Assembly: GCA_052327205.1 (NCBI GenBank) | Contig: CM126226.1 | Location: forward strand, 48,422,001 to 48,486,000 | Source: Somniosus microcephalus | Taxonomy: Eukaryota | Direction: 5' to 3' | DNA: 64,000 bases | Part shown: one piece after another, positions 50,928-62,777 of the stretch | Layout of the letters: every line of letters starts with the position of its first letter | Position numbering within the stretch: position 1 is the stretch's first letter | The notes under the pieces: model-generated | Seen by the model: the letters and a program-made list of their open reading frames with translations, nothing else | Told to the model about the DNA's origin: nothing | The model's database searches: none | Made by a program: the position numbers and the translations under genes

Positions 50928-51018
50928 AAATTAGTGGAAAATTAATGTAAAAATTAACATTTCATTGTGCAGTACACACGTCTGCTGCATATATGACAAA
51001 TAAAATTGAATTGAATTA
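50928..51018 (+). mobile_element. Short LINE 3' tail (Rex/Babar-like)
   Basis: ttcattgt...catatatgacaaATAAA + (ATTGA)n, same architecture as the tail at 43585-43640. Confidence 0.55.
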
Positions 51019-51019
51019 A

Positions 51020-51298
51020 ACCCCGACCCAAGACCGCACAAAGTGGAGGAGAAGCATCCGGGAAGGAGCCGGACACCTCGAGTCTCTTCGCCAGGAGCAA
51101 GCGGAAGCCAAGCACAGGCAGCGCAAGGAGCGCACGTCAACCCAAGCACCCCACCCACCCGCCCCTTCAACCACCGTCTGCCCCACCTGTGACAGAGACT
51201 GTAGGTCCCGCATTGGACTCATCAGTCACCTGAGAACTCATTTTTAATGTGGAAGCAAGTCATCCTCGGTTCCCAGGGACTGCCTGCTGCCGAAGAAG
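51020..51298 (+). mobile_element. RTE-clade LINE 3' end
   Basis: cccaagaccgcacaaagtggaggagaagcatccgggaagg..ctgccccacctgtgacagagactgtagg..gggactgcct, closely matching 26772-26990; (GAA)n tail. Confidence 0.9.
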
Positions 51299-52371
51299 GA
51301 TCTTGGTGTGGGATATGACACGGGCAGTCGAATTTTCGCTGAGCTGTGTTTACAGAGTATGGAGGATGGGAGACCAGCCAGGAGAGCAGTGGAATAGCCC
51401 AGTCCGGAGGTGACAAAGAAATAGATGAAAGTTTCAGTGGCACATGGGCTGAGGCAGGGGTGGAGGCCGGCGACATTACAGAGATAGAAGGGGGCTATCT
51501 TTGCTATGGAGAGGATATGGGGTTGGAAGGTCAGCTAGAGGTCAAATAGGATGCCAACTTGCGAATGTCCGGTTCAAACTGAACGTGTCTGGGAAGGAGG
51601 AATCACAGCAAGGGGACGGAATCGGTGGCAAGGGTATGGAATTTATGGCAGGGCCGAAGACGGTGGCTTTGGGCTTCCCAGTGTTTAACAGGAGGAAACT
51701 GCAGCTCAGCCAAGAGTGGATGTCAGCTAAGCAGTCTGATAACACCGAGGAAATGGAGCGGGCAAGAGAGGTGGTGGAGAGGTAGAAGTAGCATAAACAT
51801 GAAAACGGCCCCATGTCTTCGGATGATGGAGCCAAAAGGCAGCATGTAGATGAGGAAGAGGAGGGGCCATAGATAAGAGCCTTGGGGGATTACAGAGGAA
51901 TGGTGCGGGGACGGAAAGAGAAGCCATTGCTGGAATTGCTCCAGCTACTATTGGATAGCTGAGTGGAACCAAGCGACGGCAGTTTTACCATTGTACTGAT
52001 AAATATAATAAAAAACATTTTAGAATCTTTTAAACAAAAATTGCCATCCCACTGGAAGGACAGAAAACTCAGTGGTTTCTAAAGAAAGTGGATAGAGCCT
52101 TTGAATAAAGTCTCCATGTTGAAAAAGAACAGACTAGGCTTATCTAATAATATATGGTAACACCACGCATTTCACTCTAGGATGGTCCGCAATAAAATTA
52201 TAGAAAGCTTCGGATGGACCATGCTTGCAGATTTTTGGGGAACCGGAGATCTGATAATTGCTTACATAATGGACACTGTGCTTCAAAGTAATTCAGTTTC
52301 AGACAACATCTGGGTACTCTGCATTATTGCTTTAAGAATTAAATCCAGTTTATCCAATGTCTTAAACTAAA

Positions 52372-52535
52372 ACACTCCAATGACTCAATTAGTTAATACA
52401 CTGCCCAATACAGAACTGAGCGATACAGACCACAAGGTCCTAGATTCGATTCCCTCCTCTATCCCAAATTAACTTCAGTTGGGGAGGTAATAGGACCGCT
52501 AAAATTGGCACCAGCATCCTGGAGCTAGGGGGATG
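52372..52535 (+). mobile_element. Old SINE 5' fragment (family A)
   Basis: ccaatgactcaattagttaa..ctgagc.atacagacc..aggtcctagattcgattcc..aattggcaccagcatcctggagctaggg. Confidence 0.55.
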
Positions 52536-53349
52536 ACAAGTAATGTAGTGGAAATTGTAGAAGTACACTGTACATCATGTATGGGTTTTATTTTCTAAGA
52601 GGGTGTGAAGTCTCGGGCTACTCCCTCTGAAAAATTTGATTTTTGTCACTTTGTTTGGTCCATTTTCCAGCACTTTGGAGAAGATTTTATTTAAATTACA
52701 TAATCCATCTATTTCAAACTCCATTAAAATATAGGGCAAAGAAATGCCATACAAGTATGTTGTGTTCAGCTGCTAATATTTTCAAAAGTAATTTCTAGAC
52801 TTTGGTCTTCAAATTAATAACCAATAATCTAACAATATATTGTATAAAAATAATAACTGTTCATCACAGTAATTGCCACAGAGCCATTGAATCTTCAGAC
52901 AATGGCTGCCTATATCACCTTGACCTTGTGCGAGTTGCTGTCAGACAGGACCCAATATGAAATAGAAGGGAAGAGGTTGCCCATTTGGGTTCACAAATTG
53001 AGACTTGCTGTGCTTGAGATGAGGAGTGCTGTTCTGTTGTCATTTCTTTTCATCCTTCATTGTATCTGAATTATTCTGCATTTTCACGGACATAACGTTG
53101 TTCAAAATTGTGGTTTGTACACATTAAAATGAACAATGCAACGTAGTTTAGTTTGAAAAATATCTTTAAAAGAACCAGCTTGCTTTCCAAGGAGAGCCGA
53201 TCTAAATTATTAATCAGATGACAGTTTCGAGCAATAGGGGATGATAAATCAATTACTGGATCACAAACTATTCATAATTATCCATTGAATAGTGGAATTT
53301 AAATTTATTTTCAGCCCAGATCAATACTTCTGTTTTTTTTTTTTAAAAA

Positions 53350-53373
53350 GGGGGGGGGGGGGGGGGGGGGGGG
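53350..53373 (+). repeat. Poly(G) tract (24 nt)
   Basis: Direct reading. Confidence 0.9.
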
Positions 53374-54220
53374 AGGGTAATGTTATGAAAATATGGAATA
53401 TAATAACAATGTCCCTGAGGATACATGAGGTTTGTGTAAGTACCTGGACAATATGTTGATGAATGCTAAGCATTAAATAGCATATTTAAGCCCTATTGAT
53501 ACATTAGCCTCTAAAAATGAAAAATGAGTATGCTCTACTATACACTGCACTACAGTCCTGGGATGCTCACTTAGGCAAGATGCCAATGCCAGCAAGAGAA
53601 AAATCAATGTAGAGGGTAAACTTGGTGAGGGAAAAAAAAGTGAAGCGGAAGCCATATTCTACTGTATAGGAAGGGAGGTATTTCCATAAGCCTTGTAGGC
53701 AAGGCTGTTGTCCACCTTTATTTGGTGCAGGTGATCAGGTCTGAAACTGCAAAACCCAATAGCCAACTTGTTTCTTGTGCTGTCCCATTTCAGGTATTTT
53801 TTCCATTTAATCCATAAAATTTCTATCAAATCATTTAATAATTGGTTTCACCAATTAATATTGAGCGCTGAAGTAATAAAGATCCTGAATTATGCCTTCA
53901 CAACCCATAATTTGTAGACATTAAAGCTTTAAGCCTAATGGCAAGACTTAAATCTTTTGTTACCACGGTATATCAAGGTTTCATTAAGGATATTTATATT
54001 CTGTGGTAATACAGCATTTGCACACAAGCAGAAAGCGAGCGAGAGTGTGTTTTCGGAGCATGCGGTGTTATAGTAAATGTCAGCAAGCAAGAAAACTATT
54101 CAAGAGAAAACAGCTCATTTGAAAGTAAATTTGACTGAAATTTTGTGACGACACATTTTTGTCTAAAGTTTGTTAGTTGGAAAGGAAAACAACTCTGTGT
54201 CCAAGAAGAAACCCGGAGTA

Positions 54221-54425
54221 CAATAGCAAAATACTGCAGATGCTGGAAATCTGAAATAACAACAGAAAATGCTGGAAATACTCAGCAGGCCAGGCAACAT
54301 CCGTGGAGAGAAAAAGAGTTAACGTTTCAGGTCTGGGACCCTTCATCAGAAACGTTAACTCTGTTTCTCTCTCCACGGATGCTGCCTGGCCTGCTGAGTA
54401 TTTCCAGCATTTTCTGTTGTTATTT
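54221..54425. mobile_element. Palindromic Penelope-derived mini-element with 15-bp TSD
   Basis: ~75-bp near-perfect inverted arms (54254-54328 vs 54349-54425); TSD AAGAAACCC(G/T)GAGTA at 54206-54220 and 54426-54440. Confidence 0.88.
54318..54352 (-). ncRNA. Minimal type-I hammerhead ribozyme motif (Penelope-associated)
   Basis: Minus strand CTGATGA-AGGGTC-CCA-GACCT-GAAAC-GTT: conserved CUGANGA and GAAA boxes, stem II, palindromic ACGU in place of stem III. Confidence 0.62.
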
Positions 54426-55372
54426 AAGAAACCCTGAGTAATGATTTAGTGAGAATGTATCAAATTACAAGTTACAGAGAGTAAAATAAATTGCACGGGA
54501 GAATGAGAAGTGGAGGGGAGAAAAACTGAGACAGGAGTTTATTTGGGCACAGGATGTCAGATTATGTATTCCAAAAATTCACTGCCCCACCATTTTCTAA
54601 ATTTACCACTACAGGTATTTAGTTTCCCTATATACCATACAACCGAAGGTTTTAAATATTTCTACACTGTAGGATATACTTTCAATGTACACTGTTTAAT
54701 TTACTTGATTATTTATACAGAAATTGAAATACATCTCTGTAGTTTAATTTCTATTATCTTATCAACTGTGCATGTCAAGTTGACATTTGCAACATATTCC
54801 CCAAGAGATTATCATTTGAAAAAATATTTTTCCTGATTCACGCTGCAACTAAGTATGCATTCTTATCCATTTACCTTCTGTTTCTCCTTGCAGAGCCTTT
54901 CCTTATTTCCCAGAAAAATAAAACTTCTTTATCTACAGTTTTTAGAGAAGAAATTCTCTGGAAATTATTACGAGAACAGATGAAGCAAATTCAAAAAATA
55001 TTTAAGGACAATAACATACAGGACTGATGTCCAGGGGAGGAAGAGGAGCAGCAAGAATAAACGATATGCCAATTTCAAAGAGGAGTTGTATTACATGTAA
55101 AATATTTGGAAGAAAAGCAAATTAGAACTTCGCTTGAGGGGAGAAATTTCCAATTTTCTCAGTGAAAAAGCAGCTTTCTGGAGCCATCAATGTAAAGCGT
55201 TTTGGGACATCCTGAGGACATGATAAAACACAAGTTCTTTCCGACTTACTAGAGACCAGCAATGTTGGATTTCTCAACCAAAAGACACATACAAAGCTTG
55301 GCTGAGTGTCATGATCCTCCCCAGTTTTGGATGCTAACACCCACTAAATGCAATGATAGAAAGATCTTAATA

Positions 55373-55715
55373 CATGTCCACAACCCCTTATCCGCAATTC
55401 CGAAATTCGAAAAGCTCTGAAAACCGAAAGTTTTTTCGTGGAGCGTCACTCGTGTGCACGACATGACCCGAGTGGCGCCACACATGACCCGACGTGGCCA
55501 ATGCTTGACCCACGCAGGTGTGAGGCGTCAGTTGTGTCTCAGCGCTACTACCAGTCACACGTGCGTCTGCTGCTCTGATATTTTTTGTTATTTTGTGATT
55601 GAGTTTAATTTCACTGTAAAAATGTCAAAAAGAGCTACCGTTCTGAAATCCGAAAAATTCCGAATTCCGAAACACATCTGGTCCCAAGGGTTTTGGATAA
55701 GGGGTTGTGGACCTG
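55373..55715. mobile_element. Tigger-like MITE (resembles the Tigger4/MER46 type)
   Basis: TIRs CA(T/G)GTCCACAACCCCTTATCC...GGATAAGGGGTTGTGGACCTG with TA at both ends; subterminal ttccgaa repeats and tctggtcccaag. Confidence 0.88.
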
Positions 55716-56635
55716 TACAGACATCATTTAAGCTAGTATTTTCTGGCCAAGACACATGGGATGCTAGGTGTTCAATAACATGTCTCTTCAGTGGCAAAAA
55801 TGGGAATGTCTCTTCCAGGTAGGAAGAAATTCTGTTATTACATACATGTGTTTGAGGGAAGAGGGCTTCATCACTTTGAAAGCATACCCTTTCCCGCTTA
55901 CACTAGAGTACTGTGATCCATAAATTTCTGAGTGTATCCCACAGCAAAGGACATCCTCAGCAATAGAGAGACTAGGGAGACTGGAGCTCCAGCCACACAA
56001 GAGATTGACAGCTATGATGAAATTTCTTTATTCTATTCACATAGTTGGGAAGGAAGGATTCTGTTAACACTGCTGCAGGAGACAAATGTTCCTTCCTACT
56101 GGTTGAATTATAAGAGACTCTGCCGTCAGAAGTTCAAATACACCTTGCCAGAGTGTAGAATAAAGCCATTTCCCATGACAATTTATGGTTTATTGCACAT
56201 AGGTTCTAATGGAGCTTACATGACCTTCTGCAGTACTAGTTTAAGGTTCCAAATGCGAATCAGAGTTTTAATAAGTGTTTATTTCCCAAAGGCTCTTTCT
56301 TGAATTTGATATGCCTCCTGGAAGTGAACACTGATCACAGCAGCTGAGCTGGGCTTCAAGCACTGATCCAGAAAGTGCTCCAGACAACACAAAATGTGGT
56401 TCCATCGTCAGGTACTGGATCCAAGTCTTGTTCTTTGTTTCACAGGATGATTGTTTTTCCATTTAGTTGCACCATTTTTTATTTTTTTTATTTTTTTTTG
56501 AGTTGGCAGCTTCCAAGAAACCACAAAAGAAAACTAGACCCCAGAGAGGCCAATTCCAGGGATGTCAGTCTGTACCAATTAAATTACAGCGTACTCCACG
56601 AGTCATAAATGTTTATTTCTAGATGTGGCATTTGC

Positions 56636-57065
56636 AGAGCTCCTTGATGGCTCTGTGGGTAAATGCACAGTGCAGCATAATGTGCTCCAAAGCCACACAG
56701 CCAAGGAACACCCCAGGTTCAATCTGTGGTTTGGGAGCTGATCGTGTCGTCAAGACAAAATGTGCGTAGATGCTACAAATCAGCTGCAGCATTTCAGACT
56801 GGAGAAGGGGCGCAAACAAGGGTTTCCACTCCCATTGGTTATCAAATAATCTTGTAGGAAATGTAAGTGATGGAATGTCATGTAAAGACACAGTCAGGCT
56901 CAACTGTGACAGTTCCCAAAATTAAATCGTCCACTGACACTCACTGTACAGGTCACTTAAACTAAGTACCATCAGCTTCAATGAAACTAAACTCCACTAT
57001 GAATGGCTCATCACCTCCAGGGTATGAGTGGGTAAGGGAAGAAAACATGAGGAAAATAAAATGAA
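56636..57065 (+). mobile_element. Old SINE (family A), near full length
   Basis: gatggctctgtgggtaaatgcac..agccacacag..cccaggttcaatc..gtcaggctcaactgtga..actgacactcactgt..purine-rich tail. Confidence 0.6.
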
Positions 57066-57674
57066 TAGGGTATAAATATACACAATCATTCTCCATAGAA
57101 CACCTCCACTTTTATGTATTGATATTCAAAGCAACCCTCCATTCTTATGTACAGCCTTGAACTTTTGATTGCCTCTGACCCAAGTCTTATAGCAAATTCC
57201 TTTCCAAATCTCAGTTGGGTTCAGCTCTCATCATTGGACCACTGTATACACAAACCAGCAAATTCTAAAAAATCTTGGTAGCACAGCGACGCAATGGCTT
57301 GATTGTCCAATGTTCTGTATTTACCATGGACAGAACATGGATTCATGCTCACAAATCTCCACCAAGCAAAATCCCAATCTCAGCTAAGTCACAAAAGGAC
57401 ACTTTCAAGTGGAGGTCAGAAGATTCCACACAAGGAAGCCATTTATTTCTCAATGATGAATGAGTCACCAGGGATGGCCCTTGCATACCTCCTCAAATCA
57501 AGACCGTCACTGCAAAGGCCTGGGAACAGATTGCCTAACCACCTTCTCAGCAGGGAATGGTGCTTGGTGTGAGGTCAAGAACAAGAGAGGGAGAAAAATC
57601 ATTACTGAAAAGCATGGGGTGGGGGCAGGGAATGGGAATACAGCATTAATAGGCTGCAAAAACTACAGGATGTA

Positions 57675-58017
57675 CAGGAAACTTTGGTTTATCCGGAGGT
57701 TGTATGTCCGGAAACCTCAATCTAACGGCAGAAATCAGCAGCCGTTTTGGTTAGGTTTTTTTTCTTCTCCTAGCATTTTTTTTTTGTTTTTAACAGTCAG
57801 GCTCCGGAAAGCGTCTCTGTAGCTTAGCAACAGCTTCAGAGACGCTTCCAAGGTACGGGCCGAGTGTTTACAAGCTGTTGCTAAGCAACAGTGTTTGTTG
57901 TCAGATACGGAGATGAAAACCTCCGTATCCTTCAACATTAGCGCTGGTCTATCCGGAAGTTTTGATAGATCGGCAGCAGCTCGGTCCCGTCCGTGCCGGA
58001 TATCGCGAAGTTTCCTG
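57675..58017 (-). mobile_element. Tigger-like MITE, copy 2 (inverted relative to 4829-5150)
   Basis: TA-CAGGAAACTT...AAGTTTCCTG-TA; reverse complement aligns end to end with copy 1. Confidence 0.88.
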
Positions 58018-58502
58018 TACTGCAGTTAGAAATGTACTATTGCTTATCAACATATAGAGGGACACATGACAATGTGGAAAGGGACACATCAACATAAGAG
58101 AGGGAATAACTTGGAATTTCAGCCACAACCTTCTCCAGAATGTGGCTGCCATGCTCTCATTACGTTGTTGATTACAAAGAATTAATTTACAAAAGTATCC
58201 TGTTGCTATGTACATTCTTCAAATCTTAGATTCTGTTTCACAAGTTCAGCAACCGGTGCTAAACACAGTATAGAAAAGCAAAACCCAACTGAGATTTGAA
58301 GACTTTGCCTATCAGATTTAAGTACCATGGAATGAATTTCTGCTCAGAGGCAATCAAAAGTTCAAGGCTGTGTATACAAATGCAGAGGATGTGTGAATAC
58401 AAGTGCACAGAAGTGCAGCAAAATATTCAAATAAACTGTAGCTCATTTTCACTCAACCAGCTTCCAGCAAGGATGGCAATACTGACTGCTCTTTACTGGT
58501 TT

Positions 58503-58851
58503 CACAGAATCACAGAAACCCCACAGTGCAGATAGAGGCCATTTTGGCCCATCGAGCCTGCACCGACACATATCCCACCCGATCCCCGTAACCCCTACAC
58601 CAACACATATCCCACCCTATTCCCGTAACCCCACGTATTTAATCCCCCTAACACTAAGGGTCAATTTTATCATAGCCAATCAACCTAACCCGCACATCTT
58701 TGGACTGTGGGAGGAAACCGGAGCACCCGGAGGAAACCCACGCAAACACGGGGAGAATGTGCAAACTCCACACAGATAGTCACCCGAGGCCGGATTCGAA
58801 CCCGGGTCCCTGGCGCTGTGAGGCAACAGTGCTAACCACTATGCCACCGTG
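58503..58851 (-). mobile_element. HE1-type V-SINE (elasmobranch) with CR1/HER1-derived tail
   Basis: Minus strand: cacggtggcatagtggttagcactgttgcctcacagcgccagggacccgggttcgaatcc head; V-domain tgtgtggagtttgcacattctccccgtgtttgcgtgggtttcctccgggtgctccggtttcctccc; tail gatgggccaaaatggcctc. Confidence 0.92.
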
Positions 58852-59149
58852 GTCAAAATGTACATATTAATTGTATCATCCTTCTACCATTATTGCACAC
58901 AAAAAATGTACTTATTGTACAGAAAAAGTAGCACGAAAATAAAACTATTATTCAGTCCATTTATATACAATGCAGAGGTATGCAAATTAGAGTTGTGCAC
59001 AAACAATTCCATCTCAAACATGGAACTTGTCAGAAACCTATAAACATTAACTCAATCCCTTCACGTTCTCAAATAGTTAGAAGGAATTTACCCATTCTAA
59101 GAATCATCGATAAACATTTACCCATTCTAAGAAACATGGATAAGCACAG

Positions 59150-59372
59150 TACAGGGTGGGGTGAGGAGTCAACAAGGGTTTGCACTCCTTATTCAGTTGA
59201 GCATTGCTAGTATCGGGCTAGGCTCGGATCCCTCCGCAGTCAAATAGCCTGCCGAAACTCGCTGCCTTGCTCACACATGAATGGTCATTTGGGCAAGTCC
59301 TGCCAATACTAATGGAACCATATTGCAGCATGAGCCAGCACCTTTGGAAAGAAGGGGGAAACACAAATTTAA
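59150..59372 (+). mobile_element. Old SINE 3' fragment (family A)
   Basis: aagggtttgcactcct..ggctaggctcgg..gtcaaatagcctgcc..ctcacacatgaatggtcatttgggcaag..tggaaccata. Confidence 0.55.
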
Positions 59373-59528
59373 AAAAGGTGCAAACATTTTTAAAATCACA
59401 TGATCCCAATCTCAAAATATGATGTGACTTACACCATACCTTTCACCTGCAGTTTTAACTGTGATATTCTAACATACAAACAGTGCTGTTCAGCAAAGCA
59501 GAAGTGCTCAAGACACACTCCCCCTCAC

Positions 59529-60060
59529 AACAACAACAACAACTTGTATTTACATAGTGTCTTTAACATAGTAAAACGTCCCAAGGCGCTGCACAGGAGT
59601 ATTTTAAGACAAAAAATTTGACACCAATCCTCATAAGGATAAATTAGGGCAGGTGACCAAAAGCTTGGTCAAAGAGGTAGGTTTTAAGGAGCGTCTTAAA
59701 GGAGGAAAGAGAAGTAGCAAGGCGGACAGGTTTAGGGAGTTAATTCCAGAGCTTAGGGCCAAGGCAACAGAAGGCACGGCCACCAAAGTTTGAACGATTA
59801 TAATCAGGGATCCTCAAGAGGGCAGAATTAGAGGAGCGCAGATGTCTCGGGGGGGGGGGGGGGGGGTTGTGGGGCTGGAGAAGATTACAGAGATAGGAAG
59901 GGGCGAGGGGCCATGGAGGGATTTGAAAACAAGGATGAGAATTTTGAAATCAAGGCGCTGCTTAACCAGGAGCCAATGTAGGTCAGCGAGCACAGGGGGT
60001 AATGGGCGAACAGGACTTGGTGCGAGTTAGGACACGGGCAGCCGAGTTTTGGATGTCCTG
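59529..60060 (-). mobile_element. L2-clade LINE 3' end
   Basis: (CAA)n cttgtatttacatagtgtctttaacatagtaaaacgtcccaaggcgct..gaggtaggttttaaggagcgtcttaaaggagg; reverse of 43800-44275. Confidence 0.88.
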
Positions 60061-60737
60061 AAGTTTACATTTACACAAGTCAGCAAAAGTCAGAAAATCA
60101 TGCTCTCGCACCGAGCGCCCACCCAAATGTCAATATGCTTGTATATTACATACAGGAAGAAATTATACAAAACAATAAAGAGGTCTTCATGCACCCATTC
60201 TGTCCAAAGTCCGTGGAATATTAGCAATCTGATTCTGCCTGCAAGATCTTCCAAGATTATAAAAACAGACCTGTAGCTGCTTCTACAGGCATATTTTCTC
60301 TTAATTGTTCAAGTCATTGAGTCAACTCTCATTTCTCGATGTTTACTCTCCATCAGTTATCATTCTACTGTCATGTTATTCAATAAGTACGCTTGCAAAG
60401 AAACTGAAACATCAATGGTCCATCAAGTGTTTTGGAAGGACTTTGAAAATCTCTCCTCCATTTCATCTGCAATGTTTATTTGAAATGACAAACTCAGTCA
60501 TCAATATAGTCCCATAGAGAGTTCATTTTCTCCACTTTTACACAGCATAGAAAAATATTCTTCATAAAAGATCCACCATCTCTATGAAAAACTATTTGAC
60601 ATTGTGCTCTTTTTCCCCCCCGCAAACATACAAAAGGTTTACCAAGCACTTTTAAATGAACACAATGCCCCTTTAAAAGCATTTTTATAGGGAGGATTCT
60701 GATTTCTTCTGCATTTCACTATTCAACTCCATACAAA

Positions 60738-61330
60738 CCTTCCCCAATAGCTGAGTGGAAAAATACATTGAATTGTGCAGCATTGAGCCATAAAGACTAA
60801 GCAAAGATCAAACTTCAATCCCAGGTGTGTACTGAATTAGCCAATTTCAGGCAAGTTAGCAGTGGGGGGTGCCTTAGTACTCCCACAAAACAAAAGAACA
60901 TAAGAAATAGGAGCAGGAGTCGGCCATTTGGCCCCTCGAGCCTGTTCCGCCATTCAATAAGATCATGGCTGATCTTCTACTTCATCTCCACTTTCCTGCA
61001 CTATCCCCATATCACTTGAATCCAGTAATATTCAAAAATCTATCGATCTCGGTCTTGAATATACTCAACGACTGAACCGCCACAGCCCTCTGGGGTAGAG
61101 AATTCCAAAGAAGCCATAACTCTTTACTCCTGATCACAATCCAGTGGTCTCTGCTGGAACTCTGCCTGTGAATGATAGGGTGAGGACAGAATTGGGCTTG
61201 GCTAGTCAAACAACCAAGGCTCACATACCACGAGCAACTTCTTGAGTGAGTTACCAGAGGGGACCTGATAAAGATATCCCACAAAGCCAACTTAAGTAGA
61301 GCCAAAGTAAAGGGAGAAGAACTGGAGGAA
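60738..61330 (+). mobile_element. Old SINE (family A) interrupted by a CR1 fragment
   Basis: Head at 60738-60885, resumes at ~61125 (ctcctgatcacaatccagtg..ctgctggaa..ggtgaggacaga). Confidence 0.55.
60895..61107 (-). mobile_element. Short CR1 3' end
   Basis: agaacataagaaataggagcaggagtcggccatttggcccctcgagcctg..ctctggggtagagaattccaaag. Confidence 0.87.
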
Positions 61331-61604
61331 AGGCAGTTATGCAGTGTAATATGAGAGGTCTACCAGAGGATCGCACTTTATTCTTGTAGCTTATGTCATC
61401 ATCTAAACCCCTTGATTGCATTACTGCTTTGTCTCCACTGCCAGCCATTCAGCTTCCTCTATGTAATTTTTAAATTTTACATTAGAAGGTCCAGTGCAAT
61501 AAATCTTCGAATTCACCTTCACTCATATACTCAACTATTCCCAAATGCTAGTCACCACCTACATGCATGTACACGTCACACATAATGCAGTTATCAGTGT
61601 CAAC

Positions 61605-62040
61605 TTGGCTCAGTGAAAGCACTCTCACTTCTGATTCAAGCACTATTGCAGGACTTCAGCACATTTCCAGGCAAACATTTCAATGTAGTACTGAGGGGAG
61701 TGCTGCATTGTCACAAATGCTACCTTTCAAATTAAATGCGAAACCAAAGCCTCATCTACCGATTCTGGTGGATATAAACAATCCAATGGCACTATCTGAA
61801 GCACAGTGGAGTTCTCCCACTGTCTGTGCCAACATTATTCCCTCAACCAACATCTCCAAAACAGAATAACTGATCATTTATCTTATTACAGTACTGCTTG
61901 TGGAACCTGCTTTGTACAAATTGGCTACCACAGGTTTGTCTAAGTAACAATAGTGACTACACTGCCAAAGTCATTCATTAGCTGTGAAGCACACTGGGAC
62001 ACCCGGAGACCATGAAAGGTGCTATACAAATAAAAGTCCT
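61605..62040 (+). mobile_element. Older Deu-domain SINE
   Basis: cttggctcagtg..gtactgaggggagtgctgcattgtc..ggtggatataaa..ccctcaaccaacatc..tgaaaggtgctata. Confidence 0.75.
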
Positions 62041-62777
62041 TTTTTTTTTAGTAGGATTTAAGTAAAGATTGTGAAATTTCCACACAGCCACAATGTAGAC
62101 GGGATTTTCTCATTTGGATTTCTGTAAAGTGCAATGATAGGCATGCGAACTTTCCATGCCATGCTCATTTGAAATTTGAAAATGCCCAGCAATACAACTA
62201 GATTAGAGATCTTGTGCTGCAGTACTTGGGTTATGTCTGGAAATAATATCCTGAGCTAAGATGAAGTACTGACAATTACAGGCCCATCACTGATGGTGCT
62301 AGTCGTACTAACTTGGAGTATCTCACAAGAAGCATATTGGGACATTAAATATATTAGTATTTTTGTACATTATGACAGCACCAATATATGGATAGTAACT
62401 GATTCCTACACTATGTAGAACATAAAAATTGGTTAATATATTTAAAAGATTTTAGCAAATGATTAGAGGGTTGAATAACATCAAACTAAGACAGCAAAGA
62501 GAAAGCAGTTTATTGTATCATTTGAACCCTCTACAGTGTGTTACAGCCTTGAACCACTTAGCATTCAGACTACTTATATAATCTTACATTTCCCATCCAA
62601 ACACCCACTTCTGAGCTTTCCTTTTGGGAGTTCTAATCTTCAGATATCATTGCCAACTACAATTACACCAGTGGAGTTCAATTTCTGACAGAAGGAGTAG
62701 TGGGTTATAAAATAAAGTGTGTCCTACTTTTGTAATAAAGTGGAATGTAAAAATTTCTTCAGTGCAGCAACTAGAAG

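Larger units (their letters stand above)
50640..51985 (-). mobile_element. Degraded L2 LINE interrupted at ~50928-51297
   Basis: Minus strand 'LSDCLADIHSWLSCSFLLLNTGKPKATVFGP' (L2 RT) and aatttaaaattctcattcttgtg segment. Confidence 0.8.

Noticed and set aside
52960-53020. Peptide 'KLRLAVLE' resembling SAT2 'QFRLAVLD'
   Set aside because: Only ~6 residues match, no acceptor site, and it lies upstream of the supposed earlier exon; treated as chance.
56000-56070. Peptide 'LFYSHSWEGRILL' resembling SAT 'YFIYSTWKGRTIYL'
   Set aside because: Weak similarity, no convincing splice signals and wrong order relative to the 52960 hit; it does not build a SAT gene with the 43134 exon.
59086-59146. 30-bp tandem duplication (ATTTACCCATTCTAAGAA..)
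   Set aside because: Ordinary local slippage duplication with no further structure.
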